Source of the DNA: Eledone cirrhosa
Taxonomy: Eukaryota
DNA: 64,000 nucleotides
Assembly (NCBI GenBank): GCA_964016885.1
Contig: OZ024749.1
Span: 806,001-870,000, forward strand
Direction: 5' to 3'
Shown: positions 13,099-27,713 of the stretch, in pieces
How positions within the stretch are numbered: position 1 is the stretch's first letter
Layout: each line of letters opens with the position of its first letter
The notes under the pieces: model-generated
What the model was told of the DNA's origin: nothing
The model's input: only the letters and a program-made list of their open reading frames with translations
Databases searched by the model: none
Program-made: the position numbers and the translations under genes

Positions 13099-14769
13099 TT
13101 ATGATCTTATAATAATGATCAGGACATGATGCAACCATGTCTTGGTAGTTGATCTGAACACTGAACACTTTTATTCGTGTCTTCTTCAGTCTTCCTTTGC
13201 CCCGAATAGTTTACTTGCGCTGTCTGAATATGTCATATATGTTTCTCAAAACTTATTGTCTACTATTTTTGTTCTCTTTCTAACACTGGCAGAAGGGCAA
13301 GAATAGAATTTTGGAGGACGGAAGAGTCAATTATATCGACTCCAGTACTTAACTGGTATTATTATGAAAAGCAAATTTGACTTCGGCGGGATTTGAACAC
13401 ATAACATAAAAGGCAGTAACTAAATGCCACAAAGTTAGACGCCCTAACAATTTCATGTTCAACTGACGGAGTTATCTACCTTACTTATCACAGCTATTTT
13501 CTCATCTTCTTCAATATAGCAAATTCCTACATCTTTTCATTATGTATTGCCTTTGTTTATGAGATCCAGTATCCTGATATCTTATCTGAACAATAATTTT
13601 TACCGTGTCTTCTTCAGCAATCCTTTATTATGATTAATTTACATCGTCAGAAACACCAATCTTTATATTTATCAATGCAGTAGTCTCCCCTGCACTACCT
13701 CACCATTTTTCTCGGCTTCTTTTTAATTCTTATATTTCACGTTCAATAGAATCGATAAGATTTAAATAAAAACAAAAATGTATGGTATGGCTCAGCGTTC
13801 TTCATCATATTGATCTTTGTAGTACACCTGCCTTTCCATACTGGGATAGGTTAGATAAAACTTTTGAGGCAGGGTGTTTTTTCTATAATCAGCAGCATTG
13901 TACTGACGCCAACTCATACTTTCAATTATGATTACATCACAAACAGTTGGAAAACCTAAGCTGGAGGAGGTACTGTTTATGCAGGTCATAAACAAATACA
14001 TTCTGTTTGGAAATCGTAATCATCATCGTTTAACGTCCATTTTTAGTGATAGCAAGGGTTATACATGTCACAGATCAATCAGTAGTCAAGCGGAACCTCG
14101 GACCAGGAGGGGGGGGGGGCATACGATCCTGCGCTCTACCGAATATATTTTCATCATATTAACACTAGAGAAGTTGCTATGTCTTTCATACAACTGAAGA
14201 TTCTTCTCGATCTTTTGATTGCCAAGTTTTCTACAGGTGGTTTCCTTTCCTATCACCACACTCTTACTGACTGAGGAAATGCTGGGACACCACACTCTTT
14301 TACTGACTAAGGCCACGCTGGGGCACCACACTCTTTTACTAGTTTCAGTCATTAGACAGTGACCATGCTGGGGCACCACATTCTTTTACTGGTCTCAGTC
14401 AGTGGACATAAGTATCATAAATTAATTAACAAGAATATTATAAAATTATCCTTCTTGGCTACTCCTAATATAGCCACACATTAAGCAACAATAGAGATAA
14501 AGAAACAGATACAATCCCCTACACTGAACAATCTTAGAACACAGGACATGTCTAGTGATAATAACCTTTCAACCCACAATAACATACGCACTGAGCCACA
14601 TAGATACTAGATTAAATGAAATTAACTCCATTAGCACCATGACTACACAACCTGGATCTAATAATGTACACAAGTAGAAACACCCCAGGAAATAGTATAA
14701 ATGATAACTCCACAACCAGCTACGTCACTGCATGGATACCTATCTAAAAAGCAATCTGGAGACAACAAC

Positions 14770-15040
14770 AACCAATGTTCGCTGACTAACTGCCCTATCC
14801 AAGACACAGGTATGTGCCAGTAGACACATGTGGTATACCAGATTAAATGCAACAAATGTAAGGAGTTCTACATTGGTAGCACAACTCAAACACTCCAACT
14901 CGCATTAAAGAACACCTCAACACATGTTCATCCTCATTCAAGAAACACATTGACAAATGTAGAAACATCAACCAACATATTACTGCCAGTACTGAAGCTA
15001 GAGATAGAAATGTGGGCAATTTAAGAATTATGGAAGCCTT
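14770..15040 (+). mobile_element. Penelope-like GIY-YIG endonuclease relic
   Basis: VVYQIKCNKCKEFYIGST...RIKEH. Confidence 0.75.
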
Positions 15041-15109
15041 GGAAGAATGGACGTAAAACAGTGATAAGGATGATGATGATGATTGCTCATATGTAGACTC
15101 AACCCACAA

Positions 15110-15730
15110 ATAATTTGACAACTTGCTACCGGACGAACAGAAAGGATGCCGGAAGAAGTCCCGTGGTACAAAAGACCAGCTACTTATTGATAAGATGGTA
15201 ATGAGGAATTGCAAGAGGAGACACACTGATCTTGCCATGGGATGGATAGATTACAAAAAGGCATTCGACATGGTATCTCATTCTTGGATAACCAAAACCC
15301 CAGAGATCTTCAAGGTGGCAGATAACATCAGACAGTTGTTGAGCAAAAGTATGAAGTCCTGGGAAACAGAGTTAACATTGGGTGGAGAATCCTTGGGAAG
15401 TGTGAAGATCAAGAGAGGTATCTTCCAGGGAGATAGTTTGTCCCCTCTGTTGTTTGTCCTTGCCCTGATACCCCTGATCATTATATTGCGAAAAGTGAGA
15501 GAAGGATACAAGTTGGGAAAAGGAGAGCTTACCATCAACCACCTCCTCTTCATGGACGATCTTAAACTCTTTGGGAAGAGTGAGAAGGAGTTGGATGTAC
15601 TTGTTGACACTGTCCGTATTTTCAGCAATGATATATATATGGAATTTGGTGTTAATAAGTGTGGAGTCCTAGTGAAGATGGGTAAATTGAGCAGAAGCAA
15701 CGGAATCCAGGTACCAACAGGTGAGATGAT
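15110..15730 (+). mobile_element. R4/Dong-like non-LTR RT fragment
   Basis: [53 protein letters not shown]. Confidence 0.85.
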
Positions 15731-15737
15731 ATATATA

Positions 15738-17016
15738 CAGGGTGTGGACGATATTTGTTCGCAATTTTCAACTGCTAATTTTATGCAAATTCTTTTTACT
15801 TCCATTGTCACTCTTGTCTTCATAAAAACAGTGACTATATTTCCATTATTTATTTTCAGAATAATTGATTATGAATAATTGTGAACCTCCAAATTTGTGG
15901 AATCCGCGCCGGGAGGACAAATAAGGAAATTTTAGACTTTCTCAGCGTCACCAGGAGAATGGTGGAAAAGGTCAGAAAGGAATTGAAAGATTCAGGATTC
16001 GACTTCGAAGCAACATCAGAGGGAAAACACACGATCGACGATCTGATGCCTTCAGAATGCCCGAGTTCGTCGCTGAAGTTCAGGATATCATCAACAATGA
16101 ACTTAGCAAGTCGATGCGTGCCATTCCAAAGGAGAAAGGCGTGGATGAAAAGCTCATTAGGCTGGTGGTACATGAAGACATTCGCTACATTTCATACAAA
16201 ATGAGGAAAGGACAATTTCTGTCAAAGGTGATGCAAGAAAAGCGATTGAAGCACGCAAAGAAGCTGATCAACAAGTTGAAACACCCACTGGAGCCAGACA
16301 TGCTGTGGTTTTTCTCCGACGAGAAAAACTTCTGCTAAGACCAGAAGATCAACTCCCAGAACAGGTGGCTCGCTGTCTCATCCAAAGACGTGCCCAGAGT
16401 CATGCAGACAAAGTTTCCAGCGACAACATTGGTCTTAGGTGTCGTCAGCAGTCAAGGTGACGTCATGCCACCTCACTTCTTCCCTGAGGCCCTCAAGCTG
16501 AACACCGATGGCTACATCCGCGTTCTGAGCGAGGTAGTAAAGCCCTGGATCGACCAGATAGCTGCAGGTAGACCGTACGTGTGGCAGCAAGACTCAGCGT
16601 CCTGACATACCAGCCGAAAGACCCAAGCCTCGCTGTCAGAGAACTTCGTCGACCACACTTCACCTGACATCTGGCCTCCCAGCTCGCCTGACTGCAACAC
16701 CCTCGATTTCTTTGTGTGGGCGCAGTGGAACGAGACACCAACAGATCTAGCTGCAATATGAAAGACGATCTGAAGGCCAGGATCACAAGTGTCTTTAGGG
16801 GCCTGAGTCGGGGGACAGTGACGAAGGCCTGTAGCCGGTTCCAAGGCCGCCTTGAGGCCGTCATCAAAGCCAATGGCGGGTTTATCGAGTGAGATCGAAA
16901 GAACAAGTCATGAAGACAAACTGACCCAAGTTTGATAAATATATCTTAAAAAATAAAACTATTGTGTTAATTTTTCCTAGACAGTAATCTTGTGAACAAA
17001 TATCGTCCGGACCCTG
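15738..17016 (+). mobile_element. Tc1/mariner DD37D (maT) transposon with defective transposase
   Basis: TIRs CAGGGTGTGGACGATATTTGTTC / GAACAAATATCGTCCGGACCCTG with TA flanks. Motifs FSDEK, QQD-x37-D (WPPSSPDCNTLD). Contains stops and frameshifts. Confidence 0.92.
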
Positions 17017-18860
17017 TAGATGCAATTATATACGAAAGGATAATATTTTCTATTACCCAATTACCAGTAAGAAAATTAGCTGAATGTAAAATATCAGATA
17101 TACTACAGAGCAGAAATACAACATAGAAAACAATCAAATTTTTGTTTAATGCATTTAATTGCTGACGATCTTTTCTTCCAGACAAATGTCAGGAATCATT
17201 GGAGCATATACAATGTTAAAACAAGTAATTAAATTCCTAACCTTCAGAACATTCATTAAGATACATTATAATTAATAGTGTTAGTGACATTATATCAAAG
17301 AGCAAGAAGAACAAAATAATATTACATTGAAAAGATAGTAGAATATTGTGAGGTAATATAAAGAGAGTATTACTTAAAGTCAATATATCAAGCAAAACAT
17401 ACAAAGAATGTTGATAATAGCATGCAATAAGGTAAGACAGATGTGTAATGATAACATACATGTTATGTAAACATTATATGATGAATTAGTTACAAGCAAA
17501 GATGTTTATGGAGGAGGTTATATAAAAAGATTAATTTAGAAAATGTAAATATTATAGTTGTGACGTGTGTAAGCAATAAGTATAGAGTTGTAAAGTTCAA
17601 ATAAATATATAAAACAAACATTTAATCCAAAGGTATGGGTTATAAGGTACTTCTTTAATATTCTTCTATAAGGTACTTCTTCTTTAATATTCTTCTATAA
17701 GGTATTTCTTCTTTAATGCGATGTTCTTGTTGTTGTGCCATAATCGGTGTTTGAATAATAGCCTAGTTGACATTCCTCAAAGTAATACACCGATTTAGAT
17801 TATGGTTAAAGTCTAAACATCAGCTTGTACGAAACCTTAAGGTTGTGATGGTATTGAGATGTTGATAATAACGATTGGATTTTGAAAAAGTTAATCTTTT
17901 TATATAACCTCCACCTTCATCATATAATGTCTTGATATTTCAATTCCAGTATTGGCAGTGAGTTATTTCATCAAATCTCAACATTTATGTACCACAAATA
18001 ATAATATGATAAACTTAAAGAACAAAAGGACCTGGAGCGAATTAGAGATATAAGAGGTGTAAAGAAGAGGAGATGAAAGAAAAAAATAAGAAAAATAAAA
18101 AAATACATATATAAATATTTAAATGAATAGATGGGTGAATAGAGGAAGAAATATATATGAAAAAGAAGAAAGAAGAAATAACGACAAAAGAAATGGGGGG
18201 GGGGGGGGAATAGGTAGAAAAAAACGTTGTTTTCAAATATTAGGTCAATTGAGGCAACCAATCAATCAATCAATTATCATAAATCATTGAATATCTCTAG
18301 TATTTGGTTATGGTTAAGCTAATTATACTTATATAATATATCAAAATTAATCAATATACATTACTTTTCATAGCCGTCACATTTTTATTTAATTAAAAAT
18401 TTATATAATTTAACTCATTATAGATTTTAATTTCTGGTTTAGGTAATATATTCCATAAGTATTTTGTTACAATTTAAAAAAAATTTACATTTTAGTTATA
18501 TTTACTCTCAAAAGTTTTATTTCGTTAATTTATATTTACTTCAGTAATTACAAATTATTACAGTTTCCTTTTAAAGAAATTCTTATATTATTCAACTATA
18601 TAATTTATGTCAAAAATTAAAATAGCAAGCTATTCAAACAGAATAAAAATATTTACGAAGAATGTAAACAAAAGTAAGATAACTCATTCACCATATGTGA
18701 GCATTAAACAATATATCTACTCTGAAATCTAGTGATATTTCTAAACCATAAATCAACAATTGTCAAGTTAAATATTGAACTGTCCTGATCAAAACGTAGG
18801 ATACAGAGACTCATAATGAAATTATTATAATAGATAAAACATCAATACATTATTACTCCA

Positions 18861-19041
18861 TGGATTGGGAGTATCGGTAGAAGGTCAGACACCATGCCTT
18901 GCAGCATAGAGTTACGGCCCTTTATGGTCTGAGTTCAAATCCCACCGAGGTTAACTTTGCCTTTCATCCTTACGGGGTCGATAAAATAAAGTACCAGTAA
19001 TGCACTGGGTAATTGATGGCCTTGTGCCAAAAGTAGAAACA
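18861..19041 (+). mobile_element. tRNA-derived SINE copy
   Basis: Same family as 846-1027. Confidence 0.85.
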
Positions 19042-19083
19042 GTAAAGCAAAAATTATAAATATATTTAGAAAATTATTAATTG

Positions 19084-19340
19084 TCAATAATTTTTTAGAA
19101 ACTTGTACAATGCTTGGAATGTTTTATCGGCTCTATGTTGGCAGCTGCTAAATAATTCATTCCTCTGGTTAATTAAATTGTCATAATTTGTAATTATCAA
19201 CAGAGTCTCGAGATTGCAAAGATTGCAATTTGGCGATAGGAATTGGCATTCTTTAACCGTGTCCAAGAGATGGAGTATTTAATATTCTTGTTGGTTTTTG
19301 TTTTAGGTTCCCTGTAAATGCATTGTTAATGCCATTGTTT
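19084..19340 (-). mobile_element. Penelope-like C-terminal relic
   Basis: CNLCNLE..LII...LINQRNELFSSCQHR. Confidence 0.65.
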
Positions 19341-19498
19341 GATTAGTCGCTCCCTTGCACATTATTTCGGAGGCATTCTTTTTCCCGTCTGGTTGTTTGA
19401 CAGAAAAAAACGAGTGGGTTTATTTTCTTTTTCCCTTGTGTTCGAGGTATTTCCTTATTTCGGAGACACATTTTTTGTCGCTTAATGAGATTGCACCA

Positions 19499-20190
19499 AT
19501 GGCATCTCATTCTGTTCTCCCTACTTACACGGGTGACGTGAGATTATGGTTCACTCAAATGGAAGCATCTTTCGAGGCCAACGGCATCGCTGAGGTACAG
19601 CAACGTCCCCGCGTCCTTAGTGCAATTCCTCCGGCACTTATCCCAGCGATTAAGGATCTCATATTGGAGACACCTACTGACGCGACTTACAAGTCGTTGA
19701 AGTTCAACATACTCAGCCGGACTGCACAGTCTGCCAAGAAACGATTTAGGGCTCTGATCCATCTGGAGCATATCGGGGATGGCACTCCATCGAACAGAAG
19801 GGTCGGTAGCGGAAACTGCGATGTTGAAGCAGTTGTTTTTCTCGCGTCTACCGACCAACGTCTAAGCAATTTTGGCCCTCATTAGGAATACATGCTCTGT
19901 GGACCAACTTGCCGCCTCTGCGGACAAGGTTTTTAATGTCACGGGACCTGGAGGCAGCGAGGCCCTTGCCGCTGTTTCTCACCCAGCTCAGTCTACACCT
20001 GGCCATGCCACCTGTGCGGCAACTCATACAGACAGCGCAGCTATAATAACTATGCAGAAAGCCATTCAGGAATTCCCCCTGGCGCTCCAGAAGCTGAAGG
20101 CTTTTGTGGTGCTCATTCGCGCTCGCGTAACCGCGGTGCATCTTACTCTTTTAGACGCCGCCCCAGGTCACCAGCTTCATCTTTATGCTG
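19499..20190 (+). mobile_element. Gypsy-type gag fragment (decayed)
   Basis: LPTYTGDVRLWFTQMEASF...YKSLKFNILSRT...LAASADKV, GC-rich. Confidence 0.7.
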
Positions 20191-20192
20191 GT

Positions 20193-21126
20193 ACCAAATC
20201 AGCAGTGGTGGAGGGTGTTCTGAAAGTACAGTAGCCAGAGTCAGAACGGGATGGAAAAAGTTCAGAGAGCTTATACCGCTGTTGGCCACAAAAGGTTTCT
20301 CTCTAAAAATGAAAGGCAGATTGTATGTTGCCTGTATACGAAAAGCAATGCTACATGGCAGTGAGACATAGGCATTACGTGCAGAGGACCTGCATAGACT
20401 GGAAAGGAACGAAGCATGCATGCTCCATTGGATGTGTAATAGTAATATATGTGAATGGCAAAGCATAAATGAACTAAGTGAGAAATTAGGTATAAGAGAG
20501 ATCAGATACTGTTTACTTGAGAGAAGACAATGTTGGTATGGTCACGTGATGCGCATGAAAGACAACAGCTGTATACAAAAGTGCAGGGCGATCAAAATTG
20601 ATGGTAGTTATGGAGTAGGTAGACCCAGAAAAACCTGGGATGATCTGATAAATTCAGACCTCACACACATCTCTCTAAGACAATGTCTCTGGACCGAGAT
20701 CTCTGGCGCTACGCAGTAATACAGAAGACTCGCCTTGCCTATGTACAAAGCGAAACCTACAGTCAGTAGGCACCTCTTAACCAAATATACACCCCAATCC
20801 ACTACCCCTACCCTATCCTCCCACTCCCACCAACAGCACGAGAAAACGAGATCGAAATCGTGTAGGTGTCACGACAAAAAAACACACACAGTCCAAGCTG
20901 TAATGTGGCCGTGTAGGTAACACGGTAAAAAGTTCCCAGTTCCACACGGTAAATGTGGTTGGTGTTAGGAAGGGCATCCAGCCGTAGAAAACCTGTCAGA
21001 TAGTCCTATATGAGCGAGACACGGTCACCCGACCAGCCTTGCCTTCAAGTGGGACAACTCCCGTCTAACCCATGCTAGCGTGAAAAATGGACGTTAAACG
21101 AAGATGATGATGATGATGATGATGAT
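20193..21126 (+). mobile_element. 5'-truncated RTE copy
   Basis: RT C-terminus, 3' UTR and (GAT)n tail. Confidence 0.88.
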
Positions 21127-21525
21127 ATACATACATATATATATATATATACACACACACATTCAACATAGAGTAGAGAGTTTGGCAACAGGTCAGTGAC
21201 TTTAGTCTAGATAGAGTAATGACTTGTGTAAATGTAAATGTGAGATGTATCTAGTTCATTTGTCCGTTTTCCTCTCTTTTCAAAATTTGAATTTTTAGCC
21301 ATGTTGCATTGAGATGGAAGTAAATGTAAAATGTAAATAAAGATTGCTCTGGGAAAATATATGAAAATATTTGTGGAACTTCCACAACTTGTCAGGATAT
21401 TTCTCGAGTCTAGTGAGCAAACATTTTGTTGTATTATGATGTTTCAGAATACAAAAATTAATCAAAACTTAATCAAATGTATTCTGAAACATCAAAATAC
21501 AACAAAATATATATATATATATATA

Positions 21526-22774
21526 CACACAAAACCGCCTCTGCGAAATGGCCCTGCTCAGTGTGCAGAGAAGTAGTAGGTAGAAATTCCATTCTATGTA
21601 CCAAATGCAAGCAATGGGTACACAAGAGATGTAGTGGGATCTCAGGCAGGCTAACAAAGATTGTAGGTTTTGCAGGTACACAAGGGCAGTAAGTAACAAG
21701 AACCCTCAGGATACAACCACCTTCAAATGCTCAGATGGCTCAGTTGAAGTGGGAGATAGTTTCCATTATCTGGGTGACCAAATCAGTAATGGGGGAGGGT
21801 GTTCTGAAAGCACAGTAACCAGAGTGAGATCGGGTTGGAGAAAATACAGGGAGCTACTACCGTTACTAACTACAAAAGGTTTTTCCCTGAAAATGAAAGG
21901 CAAACTGTATGGTGCATGTATACGAACAACAATGTTGCACAGCAGCGAGACCTGGGCACTGTGTGGTGGACCTGCGAAGATTGGAAAGAAATGAAGCCTC
22001 CATGCTTCGCTGGGTGTGCAATAGCAATATACGTGAATGGTAAAGTATAAATACACTGCGTGAGAAATTAGACATAAGAGGGGTCAGTTGTTACATGCAG
22101 GAGAGGAGATTGTGTTGGTATGGACATGTGATGTGTATGAAGAATGACAGCTGTATAATAAGGTGCAGAGCACTCAAAGTTGATGGAAACCCTGGTGTGG
22201 ACAGACTTGGGATGAGGTAATAAAAGCTGACCTTGTACAATTACACCTCACTAAGGCAATGACTCAGGGACTGTGACCTCTGGCGCTATGCAGTTTTATG
22301 GAAGACCTGCCCTCTATTGTTCTGGGGATGAGGTTTATACCTAGTAGGCAACACCTTCCGCAACCTGTTATCCCCTCTCATCCACCTCCCTTAGCAATAA
22401 CCATGTCTCCCCTACTACCCTGGCCACATCTTTTAACCCCCCCCCCCCCCCAAGCCCCTCTACCCTCCCTAGTCTCCACTATGTTGTGTTGGTGACACAA
22501 CAAAGGTACCCAGTCCCCACTGTAAAGAACATCCAGTCCTCACTGTAAAGTGGACATGTAAAAGACACGACAAAAAGTACCCACCACACACTGTCAATGT
22601 GGTTGGTGTTAGGAAGGGTATCCAGCCATAGAAAACCAGCCAGAAACTCTCCTATATGAGCGAGGCACGGTCACCTGACCCAACTTGCCTCTAATTAGGA
22701 CAAAACCGTCTGGCTCATCCTAGCGTAGAAGATAGATGTTAATCGACAATTATGATGATGATGATGATGATGAT
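21526..22774 (+). mobile_element. 5'-truncated RTE copy including the PHD insert
   Basis: KWPCSVCREVVGRNSILCTKCKQWVHKRCSG; (GAT)n tail. Confidence 0.88.
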
Positions 22775-22920
22775 AACAAAAGACTTCAGTACAGTTTTTT
22801 TCGAGAAAAGTTCAATAATGAAACATTGATCAACTCAAGAATATAATAAATATTTACCAAAGACACCAGATAAAGAAATTGAAAATAGAGCCACCTGATT
22901 CCAAAGAGATATTCCTAAAT

Positions 22921-24997
22921 ACACAGCTCTACCTGGTGGTAGTTTACTGTAGGTACCTCACAGTAATACCTGGTGGTAGTTTACTGTAGGTACCTCACAG
23001 TAATACCTGGTGGTAGTTTACTGTAGGTACCTCACAACTATAACTGATGGTAGTTTACTGTAGGTACCTCATTACTATCCCTGGTGGTAGTTTACTTTAG
23101 GTACCACACAGCTATCCCTGGTGGTAGTTTACTGTAGGTACCACACAGCTCTACCTGGTGGTAGTTTACTGTAGGTACCTCACAGTAATACCTGGTGGTA
23201 GTTTACTGTAGGTACCTCACAATAATACCTGGTGGTAGTTTACTGTAGGTACCACACAGCTATCCCTGGTGGTAGTTTACTTTAGGTACCACACAGCTCT
23301 ACCTGCTGGTAATTTACTGTAGGTACCTCACAGTAATACCTGGTGGTAGTTTACTGTAGGTACCACACAGCTATCCCTGGTGGTAGTTTACTGTAGGTAC
23401 CACACAGTAATACCTGGTGGTAGTTTACTGTAGGTACCACACAGCTCTACCTGGTGGTAGTTTACTGTAGGTACCACACAGCTATCCCTGGTGGTAGTTT
23501 ACTGTAGGTACCACACAGTAATACCTGGTGGTAGTTTACTGTAGGTACCTCACAGTAATACCTGGTGGTAGTTTACTGTAGGTACCACACAGCTATCCCT
23601 GGTGGTAGTTTACTGTAGGTACCACACAGTAATACCTGGTGATAGTTTACTGTAGGTACCACACAGCTATCCCTGGTGGTAGTTTACTGTAGGTACCTCA
23701 CAGTAATTCTTGGTGGTAGTTTACTGTAGGTACCTCACAGTAATACCTGGTGGTAGTTTACTGTAGGTACCTCACAGTAATACCTGGTGGTAGTTTACTG
23801 TAGATACCTCACAGTAATACCTGGTGGTAGTTTACTGTAGGTACCACACAGTAATACCTGGTGGTAGTTTACTGTAGGTACCTCACAGTAATACCTGGTG
23901 GTAGTTTACTGTAGGTACCTCACAACTATAACTGGTGGTAGTTTACTGTATGTACCTCACAGTAATTCTTGGTGGTAGTTTACTGTAGGTACCTCACAGT
24001 AATACCTGGTGGTAGTTTACTGTAGGTACCTCACAGCTATCCCTGGTGGTAGTTTACTGTAGGTACCTCACAGTAATACCTGGTGGTAGTTTACTGTAGG
24101 TACCTCACAGTAATACCTGGTGGTAGTTTACTGTAGGTACCTCACAACTATAACTGGTGGTAGTTTACTGTAGGTACCTCACAGTAATACCTGGTGGTAG
24201 TTTACTGTAGGTACCACACAGTAATACCTGGTGATAGTTTACTGTAGGTACCACACAGCTATCCCTGGTGGTAGTTTACTGTAGGTACCTCACAGTAATA
24301 CCTGGTGGTAGTTTACTGTAGGTACCACACAGTAATACCTGGTGGTAGTTTACTGTAGGTACCTCACAGTAATACCTGGTGGTAGTTTACTGTAGGTACC
24401 TCACAACTATAACTGGTGGTAGTTTACTGTAGGTACCACACAGCTATCCCTGGTGGTAGTTTACTGTAGGTACCACACAGTAATACCTGGTGGTAGTTTA
24501 CTCTAGGTACCTCACAGTAATACCTGGTGGTAGTTTACTCTAGGTACCTCACAGTAATACCTGGTGGTAGTTTACTGTAGGTACCTCACAGCTATCCCTG
24601 GTGGTAGTTTACTGTAGGTACCACACAGTAATACCTGGTGGTAGTTTACTGTAGGTACCACACAGCTATCCCTGGTGGTAGTTTACTGTAGGTACCACAC
24701 AGTAATACCTGGTGGTAGTTTACTGTAGGTACCACACAGTAATACCTGGTGGTAGTTTACTCTAGGTACCACACAGCTATCCCTGGTGGTAGTTTACTGT
24801 AGGTACCTCACAGTAATACCTGGTGGTAGTTTACTGTAGGTACCACACAGCTATCCCTGGTGGTAGTTTACTATAGGTACCTCACAGTAATACCTGGTGG
24901 TAGTTTACTGTAGGTACCACACAGCTATCCCTGGTGGTGAGTTTACTGTAGGTACCACACAGTAATACCTGGTGGTAGTTTACTGTAGGTACCACAT
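22921..24997. repeat. 37-bp minisatellite (CCTGGTGGTAGTTTACTGTAGGTACCTCACAGTAATA), ~56 units
   Basis: Direct 37-bp periodicity with a few interspersed variant unit types. Confidence 0.95.
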
Positions 24998-26125
24998 AGT
25001 AGTGGCCTCTATCCGTCAACTACGACCCCTTTTCTCTATCATATATTACTATATTGTCCTCTCTTTCTCTTTGTTTTCTCTCACTTATCCTCTAAATGTA
25101 TTCCTTATACCTTCTCCGGTTGTTGCTAGCTCCTCTCTCTTTATCTTTTTTTCCTCACTGTTCTCTTTTTCTCTTTATCTTTTTTTCGTCGTCTCTTCTC
25201 CCTCCATTTATTTCTCTTCTCTCTTCCCTCACTCCTCTCTTATTCTATTTATCTCTCTTCCCTCACCCCTCTCTTATTCTATTTATCTCTCTTCCCTCAC
25301 TCCTCACTCACTTTTACTCTATCTGCTGTCCTCATACCTCTTTATTGATCAACTCCAACCCCCCACCTCTCTCTATATATATCTATCTATCTCCAGTATA
25401 CAAAGAACGAATTAGATTATCTTCTTCGTTATTTCTCCTGTCCCCATATCTATCTATCTATCTCTCTCTATCTATATACACCTATTTACTATAGACTGAC
25501 CTCACAGATCTTCTGTCGATATGAATCATAAAGGAAATTGTTGCTGAATGTAAGCAATGATCAGGAATGCTAGAATAAAATAAATACAGAGAAATAGGTG
25601 AAACTAAAACCAAACACAGACACAAATAAAACTAGGTTAGTGAGGATAAAGAATTAGAGTTGAATAAACTGAAAGTATAACTAAAAAGAAACGTCGTTAG
25701 TATATAGTTATAGAAATACTGATTAGCCCACGCACTGCCAACTAACAATACTTTAATAAGTTTAACGAGTTGAGACTTGCCTGGATTTTATCAGTCTCCA
25801 AGACCCTGCTATATCTTTACAGCTGCGGTAAGATTTCAATAACTACTTTTCTATGATCTAGCTTATACTCATAAACACATGTATTATATACATACACACA
25901 CAAACATATATTACATACATACATTCCACAAACACATCTATTACATATACATACATGTATTACATACACACGGAAACATGTATTCATACGCATACACACA
26001 GAAATATATTTACACAAACACATACGTAACCATGTACAAATACATGTATTTACACACGAATACATGTATTTATACACACATTTAGTTCTGTTAAATACGA
26101 AGTAAGAAGCAGTATAAGTTTTAAC

Positions 26126-27004
26126 AGTACATCAGAACCTCGCAGTAGCCATTGTACGAGGAATTTGCTGTATGAGCCGAAGCAAGTGCGAATGTTTGTC
26201 TTGTAGTAGGAGTGTTAAACCGCATTACTAGCAAGTGTCTTACAAGTGACCACTAGTCGGCGCTCACATCACGTGTTTATCTCGTTGCAGCATATCTATT
26301 GTTTTTCCCAGTGTTATTTTTTAGTTTTGTGCGTTTTTTGCTATTATTTTATAATAATTAGTTGTGTTAGCCATGGGTCCTAAGGTCAGTGCTGAGAAGA
26401 AGAAAAGGCTGATTACGATAGAATTGAAGAAGGAAATCGTTGATAAACATGAGAGAAGAGTGCATGTAGTTAACATTGCACGTCAATACGACCGAAGCAC
26501 GTCGACGATCTGCACCATCCTGAAGAAAAAGGACAATATTAAGGCCATTACAACAGCAAGGGGTGTCTCCAGGCTCTCCTAGCAACGCACATCTGTCCTC
26601 GAAGAGGTGGAAAAATTGCTTTTCCTGTGGATCAACAAGAAGCAACTAGCAGGGGATATGATTACGGAGACCATCATCTGCGAGAAAGCAGCAGTATTTG
26701 GATGCATTGGAAAAGATTGTTTCCCCGGAGGAGGAAATTGTAGCGGAGAAGGCTATCTCTACAAGTGACATAAAGGCAGTGTTGACAAAGTGGCAGGATG
26801 TTTCTGAATTTGTAGAAAAAAAATCATCCTGAAAAAGTATCTACAGCTGCTTTATTTAATGGCACTGCTCTGACACATTTTCGTAACATTTTGAAAGGCA
26901 GAAAAAAACGGATTAATATTTTAATTAATTTCAATGGTGAAAATTGATTTGTAAAGCAAGTTCAGTCATGGAACGAATTAAACTCATACTGCGAGGTATC
27001 ACCG
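26126..27004 (+). mobile_element. Tigger/pogo-like transposon relic, internally deleted
   Basis: CENP-B-like HTH: ITIELKKEIV...IARQYDRSTSTICTILK...EVEKLLFLWI. Degenerate ends ACCTCGCAGTA / TACTGCGAGGT. Confidence 0.8.
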
Positions 27005-27089
27005 TATGACTCAAGTTAGTTGGTTGATGTTTGGGGTGTGTCTGCGACATTACTTTGTATTAAGTAATCTAAGACACTCAAAACATCAC

Positions 27090-27600
27090 TCGACTATGGG
27101 TGGTGCAACTTTATGCTCCAAATAAAGTTTCCGAATACAGCGTTAGATGTAGTTAAGAATGAGTCATATATCTTGATGGGAGACTTCAATGCACATGTTG
27201 GCACTGACCACCTGACATGGAAAGGAGTGATTGGAAGGAATGGCGACCCCGATCTAAATACGAATGGAGTGGCTTTACTAGAACTCAGTTCTAGCAATGG
27301 ACTCTCTATTATGAACACCTTCCAGCACAGAGACATCCATAAATATACATGGAGAATCTGGGACAGAGATCAATAATTGATTTTGTTATTGTCTTTGATC
27401 TCTTTGATTCTGTGCTGGATGTTCGTATTAAGAGAAGGGCTGAACTGTTAACTGATCATCTAGTTATCTGCAACTTGAAACTACCTAAAGCCAAAGAAGC
27501 CTATAAAACTGGGGTGTCCAGGGCGACCTACAGGATGAAGTGGGAAGCGTTGGTGGATAAGGAAGTCAGGACCAGGTTTGCAGATACTACTGCAATAAAT
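27090..27600 (+). mobile_element. RTE-like APE endonuclease fragment (mirrored at 63510-64000)
   Basis: MGDFNAHVG, NTFQHRDIHKYTW, IDFVIV, TDHLV. Confidence 0.8.
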
Positions 27601-27713
27601 CTTAGAAGTAAGTCCTCCTTGTTGCACTTGCGGTACAAGCAGGCATGAAGAATTACAGTAGAGACAGTAAAGGCATCCAAAGTTAAGATACACGTACATA
27701 CTTATATATATAT

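Noticed and set aside
24972-25494. Hydrophobic ORFs resembling membrane proteins
   Set aside because: They derive from CT-rich low-complexity sequence.
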